Source: Anolis carolinensis (lineage: Eukaryota). From it: a stretch of 64,000 nt of DNA. Shown here piece after piece: positions 11,350 through 22,000 of the stretch. The notes under the pieces are model-generated. The model did no database searches and was not told where the DNA came from. It was given only the letters and a program-made list of their open reading frames with translations. The DNA lies in the NCBI RefSeq assembly GCF_035594765.1, contig NW_026943821.1, positions 22,005,791 through 22,069,790 of the forward strand, in the 5' to 3' direction. How positions within the stretch are numbered: the stretch's first letter is position 1; the number at the start of each line of letters is the position of its first letter. The translations under genes and the position numbers were made by a program.

Positions 11350-11565
11350 CTGCGAAAGAGCAAAGGGAAGAAGAGAAGTTCCTTCCTTGGAAAGAAGGGG
11401 AGGGATTTGGAGAGAGAGGAAGAAAAGGGGGAAGAATGGGAAAGAGAAGAAGGAGACGGACAGGGCCACAGGCGAAAGTCTGCAGGGCTTTTTCCGGGTG
11501 TGGGATCCCATCCTTTCTCCCTCCTTCTTCATTCCTGTCTCCTGAAAATATATACTGTAACAATT

Positions 11566-11763
11566 TGTGTTGTTGAAGGCTTCCATGACCGGAATCACTG
11601 GATCATTGTGAGCTTTCCAGGCTGTATGGCCATGTTCCAGAAGCATTCTCTCCTGAAGTTTCGCCCACATCTATGGCAGCAATGTCCCCACCCTGGACAT
11701 TCCACAGATATATAAACCTCACAGTACTTAGTTTCCAGCAGACCCCTGAACCTCTGATGATGC
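11566..11763 (-). mobile_element. Penelope-like terminal fragment
   Basis: Matches the 8272-8470 structure. Confidence 0.75.
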
Positions 11764-11764
11764 T

Positions 11765-12493
11765 AGGTAAATGTAAAGGTTTCTCCTGATGTTAAGTCCA
11801 GTCGTGTCCGACTCTGGGAGGTTGGTGCTCATCTCCATTTCTAAGCCGAAGAGCCGGCGTTGTCCGTAGACACCTCCAAAGTCATGTGGCCGGCATGACG
11901 GCATGGAGCACTGTTACCTTCCTGCTGGAGCGGTACCTATTGATCTACTCACATTTGAATTTTTTTCCAACTGCTACCATGTTTCCCCAAAAATAAGACA
12001 GTGTCTTATATTAAATTTTGCTTCCAAAGATGCTCTAGGTCTTATTTTTCCACGAAGAAGAATTCACATTTATTGTTGAACAAAAAAATGAACATTTATT
12101 ATATACTGTACAGTAGTTGTCATCACAAACCAGTATAACCAGACAAACTGTGAATCCTATCAAGAATTTCTTGTTACTACCATTATTTCTATGTACAACC
12201 ATCTATGGTACATACATTTACCGATTCTGCATGCTCTGGTGTTCTATTTGTTGGGCATGCTTCCAAACAAAAACTTTGCTAGGTCTTACTTTGGGGGAGG
12301 CCTTATATTTAGCAATTCAGCAAAACTTCTACTAGGTCTTATTTTCTGGGGATATCTTATTTTAGGGGAAACAGGGTAGGTTGGCAGAAGCTAACAGAAG
12401 CCACTCACACTGCTCCTGGGGTTTGAACCTGGGACCTTTCGGTCTGCAAGTTCAGCAGCTCAGCGCTTTAACACACTGAGCCACCGGGGTTCC
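11765..12493 (-). mobile_element. Sauria SINE interrupted by a MITE
   Basis: (ACCTTT)-type tail at 11765, tRNA head at ~12420-12493; split at ctgcTA|ggttgg. Confidence 0.9.
11977..12376 (+). mobile_element. pogo/Tigger-like MITE
   Basis: TIR CCATGTTTCCCCAAAAATAAGA / TCTTATTTTAGGGGAAACAGGG; duplicated TA at 11975 and 12377. Confidence 0.9.
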
Positions 12494-12592
12494 TTTTTGA
12501 AAATATATACTGTAACAATTTGTGTTGTTGAAGGCTTTCATGTTGACAAGGGAGATGTTGACAAGTTGGAAAGCATCCAGAGGAGAGCAACT

Positions 12593-12868
12593 CATAGAAT
12601 CATAGAATAGGAGAGTTGGAAGAGACCTCATGGGCCATCCAGTCCAACCCTATTCTGCCAAGAAGCAGAAAATCGCATTCAAAGCACCCCCGACAGATGG
12701 CCATCCAGCCTCTGCTTAAAAGCCTCCAAAGAAGGAGCCTCCACCACACTCCGGGGCAGAGAGTTCCACTGCTGAACAGCTCTCACAGTGAGGAAGTTCT
12801 TCCTGATGTTCAGGTGGAATCTCCTTTCCTGTAGTTCCGTGTCCTAGTCTGCAGGGCAGCAGAAAACA
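12593..12868 (-). mobile_element. CR1 LINE 3' end
   Basis: (CATAGAAT)n tail and CR1 3' sequence on the minus strand. Confidence 0.88.
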
Positions 12869-12869
12869 A

Positions 12870-13062
12870 TGGAGTGCTGTTACCTTCCCGCCAGAGCAGT
12901 ACCTATTGATCTACTCACATTTGCATGTTTTCAAACTGCTAGGTAGGCAGAAGCTGGAGCTAACAGCGGGCACTCACTCCACTCCCCGGATTCGAACCTG
13001 CGACTTTTTGGTCTGCAAGTTCAGCAGCTCAGCGCTTTAACACACTGCACCACCAGGGCTCC
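12870..13062 (-). mobile_element. Sauria SINE (5' half)
   Basis: Matches the other copies. Confidence 0.88.
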
Positions 13063-13093
13063 ATTCTTCAACACGAGGATTCTGTAAATCCTA

Positions 13094-13402
13094 GGCTGGA
13101 TGGCCATCTATCATGAGGGCTTCGATTGTGTCTCCCTCCATGGCAGATTGGGTTGGATTAGATGGCCTTTGGGAGTCTCTTCCAACTCTAGGATTCTATA
13201 AATCAGGGGCTAGATGGCCATCTGTCAGGAGGACTTGGAGTGTGTCTCCTTCTATGGCAGATTGGGTTGGATTGGATGGCCTTTGGGCTTCTCTTCCAAC
13301 TCTAGGATTCTGTGGAGGCTAAATAGCCATCTGTCAGGAGAGCTTGAATTGTGTCTTCCTTGAATGGGATTGGATGGCCTTTGGGAGTCTCTTCCGACTC
13401 TT
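13094..13402 (+). repeat. Three tandem CR1 3'-end units (~110 bp)
   Basis: ggct.gatggccatct...tctcttccaactct repeated three times. Confidence 0.8.
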
Positions 13403-13481
13403 AAGTCCAACATATTAAAACCCTCCCCAGATGTGGAAGCTGAAAAATGCGTTGCTTACGCAGAATGGTGCTGGGACATAC

Positions 13482-13625
13482 CTTTCCCTCTCCATACAAT
13501 GTTTGCTTGCTATTTTTGGCCGGTTCCTCCAAACCCGGCTCACTGTTAATAAGGAGAGCGAAGGCTCCTTTTGGCCCCTGCTATATAAGGAAAGGTAGAA
13601 GGTTCCCGGCAGCTAAATATACTGG
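13482..13625 (-). promoter_or_regulatory. Candidate TATA promoter and short first exon of an unidentified minus-strand gene
   Basis: CpG-rich unique sequence; CCTTATATAG at 13582-13591; MEF2-like A/T boxes at 13510-13519 and 13613-13622; donor AAG|gtatgt at 13482/13481. Confidence 0.35.
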
Positions 13626-13842
13626 GAGGGAAGGAGGGTGCGCATAGAGGCACATAGCGCAAGGGGGAAAGGGAGGGAGAGGCCTTGCTTCTTGGCACGG
13701 CGCATGGAAAAGGGATTGTGTCAGGACAACGCCGAAGCAGGGCCCTTTGCGCACGTACAGAGGGCTTCGGAGAGGAGAGATCTGCCCCAAAACACAACCC
13801 CAAGCCGCACCATTCAAGGACAGCTCTTATGAATGAAGAGAT

Positions 13843-14162
13843 AGGTCAAGGTCAAGGTTTTCCCCTGACATTAAGTCCAGGGGGTTGGTGCTCATCTCCA
13901 TTTCTAAGCCGAAGAGCCGGCGTTGTCCATAGACACCTCCAAAGTCATGTGGCCACTGGCATGACTGCATGGAGCGCTGTTACCTTCCCACCGGAGCGGT
14001 AGCTATTAATCTACTCACATTGGCATGTTTTCGAACTGCTAGGTTGGCAGAAGCTGGAGCTGACAGTGGGCGCTCACTTCGCTCCCGGGATTTGAACCTG
14101 GGACCTTTCGGTCTGCAATTTCAGCAGCTCAGTGCTTTAACACACTTCGCCACTGGGGCTCC
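13843..14162 (-). mobile_element. Sauria SINE
   Basis: Near full length. Confidence 0.92.
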
Positions 14163-14341
14163 AATATATCTCTTAAATTTTCCAATGCAATTCTATGATT
14201 GCAACCACAAAGTCATGCTAGAAAACCTAGAAATTTCCAGACTTAAAAAAAAAAGCAATTGAATTAATCCCAGTAAATGTGGAGGGCGGACTGCACACCA
14301 AAACCCTGTTATTTTTTAAGTTGCCCTAAGATGCATATAAA

Positions 14342-14670
14342 GAGCCCCCAGTGGCACAGCGTGTTAAAGCGCCGAGCTGCTGAACTTGTGGACCAAAAGG
14401 TTGCAGGTTCGAATCTGGGAAGCGGAATGAGCGCACACTGTTAGCCCCAGCTTCTGCCAATCTAGCAGTTTGAAAACATGCAAATGTGAGTAGATCAATA
14501 GGTACTGCTCCAGCGGAAAGGTAACAGCACTCCATGCAGTCATGCCAATGGCCACATGACCTTGGAGATGTCTATGGACAACGCTGGCTCTTCGGCTTAG
14601 AAATGGAGATGAGCACCAACCCCCAGTCGATCACTACTGGACTTAACGTCAGGGGAAACCTTTACCTTTT
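14342..14670 (+). mobile_element. Sauria SINE
   Basis: A/B boxes (GTGGCACAGCGTG, GGTTCGAATC); ACCTTT tail. Confidence 0.92.
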
Positions 14671-14687
14671 TTAAAGATGCTTTTAAG

Positions 14688-14907
14688 GAACCCCCGGTGG
14701 CACAGCATGTTAAAGCGCTGAGCTACTGAACTTGTGGACCGAAAGGTTGCAGGTTCGAATCAGGGGAGCGGAACGAGCGCCCACTGTTAGCCCCAGCTTC
14801 TGCCAACCTAGCAGTTTGAAAACATGCAAATGTGAGTAGATCAATAGGTACTGCTCTAGCGCAAAGGTAACAGCACTCCATGCAGTCATGCCGGCCACAT
14901 GGCCGGT
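14688..14907 (+). mobile_element. Sauria SINE (5' part)
   Basis: Matches 14342-14560. Confidence 0.88.
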
Positions 14908-14931
14908 GTCTATAGTGACACCTTGGAGGTT

Positions 14932-15058
14932 TAGGTAAAGGTAAAGGTTTCCCCCGACATTAAGTCCTGTTGTGTCTGACTCTGGGGGTTGGTGCTCATC
15001 TCCATTTCGAAGCCGAAGAGCCGGCGTTGTCCGCAGACGTCTCCAAGCTCATGTGGCA
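14932..15058 (-). mobile_element. Sauria SINE (3' part)
   Basis: aggtaaaggtaaagg tail and body. Confidence 0.85.
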
Positions 15059-16072
15059 TCTACGGACAACAGAAATGGAGATGTGCATCAACCCCCAGAA
15101 GCAATATAATCTCATTTATTGGCGCTTTTAGCATCCAGGGCCTCTTGTGACCGTTCTTCCCAGCTTTGCATTACGATTTCCCATTCGGAGTCTTTCCGCT
15201 TGCCGTTTGTGGAAGACAGAAAGGACCTTGGCAAAGTGCATTATCCCACCTCAGATGTCATGTTTCATTCCCCCCTTTTGGCTCTCGGATCTCTAATGCG
15301 CACATGTGTACGGGTGCGCCTAGAGAAAAAAGGCAGACACGCACATCCTGGCTCCGGTTCAGATGTAAATACTTTATAGTTGCCTCTTTTGTCTGATACC
15401 TCTAGGCTTGAAATTGTCACGTTCCAGCACTTGCAAAAACCGAGGATGGGGGCAAGTGGATCTCACTGCCCTCAAAATCTTATTTTGCTACTTGTTTTTC
15501 CATCTGGTTTGTGTCATTTGTCCCTGTGGGTAACTGCTGTCCTGCCAGCCCCAAATGGCATGATAATATGAGTGATTTGTACAAGTATAACAAGTAGGCA
15601 ACTTGTGCCCGCCAACATTTCAAAGCTGGAGACCAACACCCTGTTAAGATCTGGAACATTATTCATGAGAAAGAAGCGTCAAGCGAGGAGAAGCTGCAGC
15701 AAGTTGTTTTTGCCTGAGCCAACTGGGAAGAGAAAGACTTTGCCCATCCTCTCCCAGTTCGAAGTCTTTCTTGTGATCGAAATAAGTGGGAAAGTGGGAG
15801 GAGGAGTGAAAAGCCGGGACATTTTAAAAGCAGATGGAAAAGAGGGAATAAAGAGGTTTAATACGGAACATCCCTGTCAAACCGGGACAGTTAGAAAGTA
15901 CGGTTACTGATTGTGTTTTCTCTAGTATTTCCCTTTGTTTTACTTTAAGGCAACAAGAAACCTATATTGCACCATTATAAGTCAGTCCCGCCTCGAATTG
16001 CCATTGCTCTGTCCTATGGAAATCTGGGATTTGCAGCTCGATGAGGTATTAAGGATCCTTGTTTGTTTATAA

Positions 16073-16400
16073 CTAGCTTGGGGACCCGGCATTCCCAGAG
16101 TCATTTGAGAAAGGCATTGTTTACCTTTGTTCCAAGTGTAGCCTAGATCCAATGTCAGCTGGGTTTAGTGGGTGCGGGTGAACTACAACTCCCATATGCA
16201 AGTCCCATCGTCCATGGTCCATCCCCCTCCAAACAGTGGCGGGATGTAGAGTGGATCATGGGGGCTGTATGTGCCAAGTTTGGTCTTGATCAGTCATTGG
16301 TGGGGGTCGCAGTGGTCTCGGGAAGTGAGTGACGATACTGCAAGTCCCATCCCGACCGCAAATGTAGTGATCCCACTCCCTCCGTAGGTCCATTGCCTGT
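16073..16400 (-). mobile_element. Helitron 3' fragment
   Basis: Minus strand ends ...gggtccccaagCTAG|T with a degenerate hairpin; paralogous to 22012-22228. Confidence 0.65.
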
Positions 16401-16409
16401 CTCCACATT

Positions 16410-17111
16410 TGTTGCGACTCAGCTGGAGCCTCAGAATGACTCTGATGGGGATTATGGGCTTCAGGTTCAAAATCACTCTGATGGGGATTATAGGATTCAG
16501 GTTCAGAGTGTCCCTGTTGTAGAAGATGAGGAACAGGGAGTTTTTCCCACAGCAGGAAATGGTGTTGATGATACTGAAACTAGCCAGGTGCAAATTGACT
16601 CAGAAAAGGAGGACAGTTCTCAGTCTGATAGCAAGCAGGCAGACGCTAATGAGCAGGTTGGCCTTGATGAAACCGAATCTCTAGATCGAGCTGACCGTTT
16701 GGAATTCAGGGTTCGAAGGAGTGTGAGAATAGCAAACAAGAAGGAGGTCAGAGGCCAAAGAAATGCTTTCATGCTTTGCAAAGGGTATTAAAAACAGTGT
16801 GTTTGGACACAACCCTTTGTCAAAGCAACTTTTCGCTCAAACCAAGAAGCAAGTTCTCGTTTTCCTGGATTATCTTGCAGGCTTTGTGTGTTCATGTTCA
16901 TGGGACTTTGTCATGCTCTAATAGGACTTTGTTTACTCCTCATGATTTCTTTGATTATTCACTGAAGCCTTGTTTTGTTACCCTCTTTTGGAACTTTACT
17001 TTTGCTTTTAAAGAACTATTTATTTTTCTGTTTCCTAATAAACTACAAAAGACTTCAACCTGTGTGCAACTTGGTGTGTATAGCAAGGTGAAACTAACCT
17101 GAGGTGCAACA
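16410..17111 (+). mobile_element. Solo LTR (Gypsy- or BEL-type), 702 bp
   Basis: Termini TGTTGC...GCAACA; exact 5-bp TSD ACATT (16405-16409 and 17112-17116); TATTAAAA at ~16786; AATAAA at 17037-17042. Confidence 0.9.
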
Positions 17112-17242
17112 ACATTGAAGGATCCCACACATTGCTTTTAGAACCCAAACAGCCACCCAACGTTGAGGAAAAAGGAAAGAAAGAAGACAGGAGCCTTATT
17201 TACAATCAATGGGGGAGAGATACCCCCACGAACTGAGTAGTG

Positions 17243-17248
17243 TTTAAT
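17243..17248 (-). terminator. Candidate poly(A) signal (ATTAAA) for KIAA0319L
   Basis: ATTAAA about 1.6 kb downstream of the stop. Alternatives are AATAAA at 17019-17024 and 15115-15120 (minus strand). Confidence 0.3.
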
Positions 17249-18819
17249 CTTCATCGCCTTCGACAAATCAGTAGTGCAGCAATGTAAACAGAGCTTGGGA
17301 AAAACCTGTTTCTCACCTCAAGGAAGGATGTTCAGCTTCTGCCCTCCCATCCCTTCTATGCCTATGTATCACCCTCATCTTCCCAGCCCCCAGAAATTAT
17401 TATGATGAAAGGACTCAAATTAGTATTGTAAACTTTTGGCTCTGGGTCTGCCGGATTTTGGCGGACATACCTGGAACCATCTCTGACCGGATGAGTGTTT
17501 GAGACATCCCTGTTTTGGAAATTTAAAGGGCTCACGAGTCAAAGCAGGAGCCGCTGGAAGGGCTGCCCACTGGACACAGACGCCATTGAAAAAGGGGAAG
17601 AGGAGCTAAAGGAATGCTGGTCATAGCTATGCCTACCTTTAGAGAGTAAAAGATGTTATTTTTCAAGTGTGAGGAGCAGGTAATGGCACAGGGAAGACAG
17701 GAGGTGACAAGAGGAAGAAGAAAATCACATATACCATGATCACACAACAGTGAACCTCCAGTTAAGACAAGGAAGAGAGCTGGTGTTTGTGTAGCGAGGA
17801 AACTCTCCACCTTTGCAAAGCGGAGGCCTCCGATTTGGGCAAAATCAACGTTTAAGGGATTTCTGTGACTCCAGACACCCAAAAGCACACCACAAAGAAG
17901 TGCAGGCTGACGGAGCTGGAAGGATATAGGCATCAATCCCTTTCGGGAATCAAATGGCTCATGTCTGCCTTTGACCTCGCTTTCACCGTGTGCAAAAAGT
18001 TTTTGTGAGACAAACAGCATGTCAAAAGTTAGAGGAAGTTACGGTCTTCCAGTGTTACCGACTGGTAAGGGTTAAGCCGCAGGACGGAGGGAGCCGGACA
18101 AGGAGGAGACGTCCCCCATTTCCAAACAGTGGTGAAACTCGCAATAATTTAAAATAAAAGGAATGGAAACCCCTTACAAACATGAAGGTGGCCAAAAAGG
18201 CAATTTTGCCCCTTTGCCCTGGAGATGATAATGACTGGCATAATTTTCGAAAGAAAGAAAAAAGAGTGGCACCCAGCATCATCTTCCTGCTGTTGAAGCG
18301 AGTGCTGTAAAAAGTCCAGTTTGCGGCTTCTTGTCTTCCAGGCCAGATAAGAGCCAGGATGAGGTCCTTGGAATCAAGGCCGCTTGCCAGCCCCACAGCA
18401 AACGCATTTTGGGTGGGACGGCGGGACGCATATTGCAGTCTGGGCAAAGCGAGTGCGTATTCTCACGAGTGGTTTCAAGTCCCACAGCATTTCAGAACCA
18501 TCTTCTTCACAGTCTTTTGTTTTTGTTTCACAGCTTCTATTTTTTTTCTGATTTCACCAGAAATTTCCCTTGAAGTCCAATTTCAAGTACAGGCAGTTAA
18601 GACTTGGAGAAAGGAAAATATTAAAGATCAGCAGTAAACAAAAGGTAGTCCCCACGTAATGAGTTAGCAGCGCTCTCCTTCAGAGGACCCAGCAGGCCTC
18701 TGGAGACTCCTCAGGGCCCTCTGAGGAGTGAACGGCCTCTTGGGCCTTTGGACAGACCTCTGCGAGCAGCAGCCCCTTCTTTCCTTCCTTCCCTCCCTCC
18801 CTGACTCCCCTAACATGGG

Positions 18820-19007
18820 CTATAGGATCTCCTCCCGCTGGTTCTTTGGCTTGGCGGCTGCCTGGCCGTTGTGCAAGAAGCCGTTCTGGTGCTGGAGCAG
18901 CTTCCCCTTCTCTCGGTCCGGCCACGTGAAGATGGCCTCGTCGCTGTCCAGTTCCGACTCCGAATGCATCAGACTGGTATTCTGGGCCTGGCATTTCTGT
19001 TTACTGC
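18820..19007 (-). CDS. KIAA0319L: KIAA0319L last coding exon
   Basis: Acceptor tttctttttgaag|GC; GSKQKCQAQNTSLMHSESELDSDEAIFTWPDREKGKLL...REEIL, TAG at 18820-18822. Confidence 0.95.
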
Positions 19008-22000
19008 CTTCAAAAAGAAACAGAGAAGACGCTAAAAGCAACTTGAAACTGAGCATGAAAGAGAGAAATTCTTGATAGGTATATATTACATATTGCTATC
19101 AATGTGGGTTTGGGTTTACACAACAAACAGAACAGCAGGACCTTCTCCTGAGGTTATTATGATCTAAATTTACTGAAGGTGCATCTATACTTTCAAATCG
19201 GAGCGCAGTGGGTTAAAGCCTTGTGACCTGAAAGTTAGGTTGCTGACCTGAAGGTTTCCAGGTTCGAATCCAACCCGGGGAGGGCATGGATGAGCTCCCT
19301 CTGTCAGCTCCAGCTCCATGCGGTGACATGAGAGAAGCCTCTCAACAAGGATGGTAAAAACATCAAAATATTCGAGCGTCACTTGGGCAACATCCTTGCA
19401 GACGGCCAATTCTCTCACACCAGAAGCTACTTGCAGTTTCTCAAGTTACTCCTGGCATGGGAAAAACCCTTTCAAATTAATGCAATTTGGCACCACTTTA
19501 ACTGCTATGGAATCCTGGGAGTTGTAGTTTGGGAGGCACCAGCATTCCTTGGCAGAGGAGGCTAAGGATATTATAAAACCATAACTCCCAGATTTCTATA
19601 ATATGGAGCCATGGTAGTTACGCTGCTGTCAAATTGCATTAATTCAAAAATGCAGATACACCCTGAAATATAAGAGGGACAAGCAAGTTTTTTGGTTCAG
19701 CTGCATCAATTTACCAACAGATAGGCCTGACAGAAAAGATCCCTCCTCTAATTCTTTGGAAAGCTCTACTCCACTGAACATATTCACAGCAGTTGGTGAA
19801 AAAGTGGCCCAAATTTTGCAGGGCTTCTAGCACGAATCTTGACAAGCTTTAACAGATGCACCTTTGGGATGGACAGGCCTTCCTTGAAATACTGAATGCT
19901 TTCAATTCATGGCCCATAGGGCCCGGGGCCTTCTCTGTGCCACACAAAGATGTTCAAACCATTGTGAATAGAAACTGGCTTGACTCAGCACCCTTCTCTC
20001 CCAACCTCTTTTCTGATGCCTCACCTGCTTTGGGGGTTGGTTTCAACGCCAGGCTCTCTTGATCCGTGGCATCCAAGATCTTGTATTTACTCTTCCTCTT
20101 GGGTTTCCCTTTACGCCTGAAGGGAGACAGACAAAAAGGGGAAGCAACAGGGTGAAACCTCAGTGTCCTTATGGAGAAGTGTTTGCCCCTGTTAAGGTTC
20201 CAAGCCTTACTCACCTCTTGAAGCAACAGACCACCACCCAGGAGAAGATCCCGACGGAGACCACGATGACAAAGGATGCAATGACAACGTACAGCACACT
20301 CCATTCTGGAAGAATTACAGAAGGGAAGTCTGAGCATTTGAATGTGGGATGGAGAAGAGGAGTGTGTCATTGGTCGGGGGAGAGGAAAGCTACACTCTGA
20401 AAATGGCAGGAAATGTTGTGCCCTTTGAAATGGCCAGGCCTGGGAATACGTTGTGTGAAGTCTTGGATCCAGCTCAGCACAGAAGCCAGGGAAAATACAC
20501 CGTTTGTGCAGAGAAGCCTAAAATAATTTGGTTCTGAAATATTCTCCAAGCTAAGAAGCATGGCTTCTAGCAGCGATGGTGTTTTGAAGAACAATTTGAG
20601 CCAAAATTTCTCAACTAGGGTTTCCTGGAACTGCAGAGTCCCAAGAAAGATTGCTAGTGGTTCCATAATTTTTAAAAAACACCCTTTTTAAAAGCTATAA
20701 ATATAATAATTTTATGCAAGTGCTCCCCAAGACCTGAAAATTACTCCAATGGTTTCTTCAAGGTAAAACACAACAAATATATACAATTCCCAGACTGTGG
20801 CAAACTGACACCTTCCACCTTCCACCTTCTGCCAAATGTGCCTCCCTTTTTTGCTAGGCCCTCCTCTACAAAATGCAGGCACAAAAGCTATGCAACATTA
20901 TATTATAATAATTTATAAATATATAATATATTGTATATACATATAATATTGATAATAATATTATAATGGAATACAATATTATGCTACTAATAATACAATA
21001 TAATAATATTAATTATATATTATATATTAAATGTAATATTACTAATAATATTACCATATAATGATATAGTACAATATAGTAATTTAATGCTTATATTGTG
21101 CTATGCTAGTAATATATTGTATGTTCATTTGATTTGTAAGCTGTTCTGAGTCCCCTTCGGGGTGAAAAGAGCGGGATATAAACATAGTAAGTAAATAAAT
21201 AATAAATAAACATAGAAAGGCTACATCTTCTTTGAATCCTTCTCTATCAATTGAGGAGGAAATGTACCAGAAACTAGACTCTGCTCACCACAGTTACTTT
21301 CGCCATCACCGATCTGCACTTTGATGAAGTTCTCCATCCAGAATGGGTCACAGACGCAGCGCTTAGTGAAGGAGTTGCAGTGTCCATGCTCTGAACAGTT
21401 CAGCTGGCAGGCTGTGGGGAGAGAGAGCCCAGTCAACATGAAGGAATGCAGAGCCAAACAGAGAAGTCACCGAGAGAGATGCACAGCCAGGCTTGCAGTC
21501 GTGGGGACTGAAGGAGTTCATCACATAGCTGGCCTCTTAAAAGTAGCAACTGAACTACTTTTGTGTCCTGAACATTGCTGTTTATGTTGGGCTCATTGTG
21601 AATGCCACTGGTATATGACAGGATAGGATACAATGCTTTCTTTACAGTTCCAGGTGTGTACTCTCTGCCTTCCTGTGAGATAATAATAAATAATAATAAT
21701 AACTTTATTTTTATACCCCGCCTCTATCTCCCCAAGATCCCTTTGTGCATTGGTTGTGTTGCTGGGGAGAGATGCTTATTGTAAAAGGAATTCTTCAAGA
21801 CACACAGGAGCTTATAGGACAAACACTACATGTTTATTGTTTGGAATACATGAATCTACCCTAAAGCCATATATATATATTATTAGCATGCAATAAGGAT
21901 TGTCCTGGTGTCTAGGAAATGATACATCAAGCATGGACAGAGGATTTGTGTGTCTTATGACCCTGCGACTCTGCGTACATGATGTGTTTGGACCATATAT

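Noticed and set aside
10822-11670. 282-aa minus-strand ORF
   Set aside because: Starts inside a Penelope fragment and runs through low-complexity sequence; only the spliceable core is kept as a candidate exon
13094-13402. CRISPR-like spaced repeats
   Set aside because: Eukaryotic DNA; the units are CR1 3' ends with no unique spacers
14342-14420. tRNA-like A/B boxes (also 19199 and 47959)
   Set aside because: SINE heads, not cloverleaf tRNA genes
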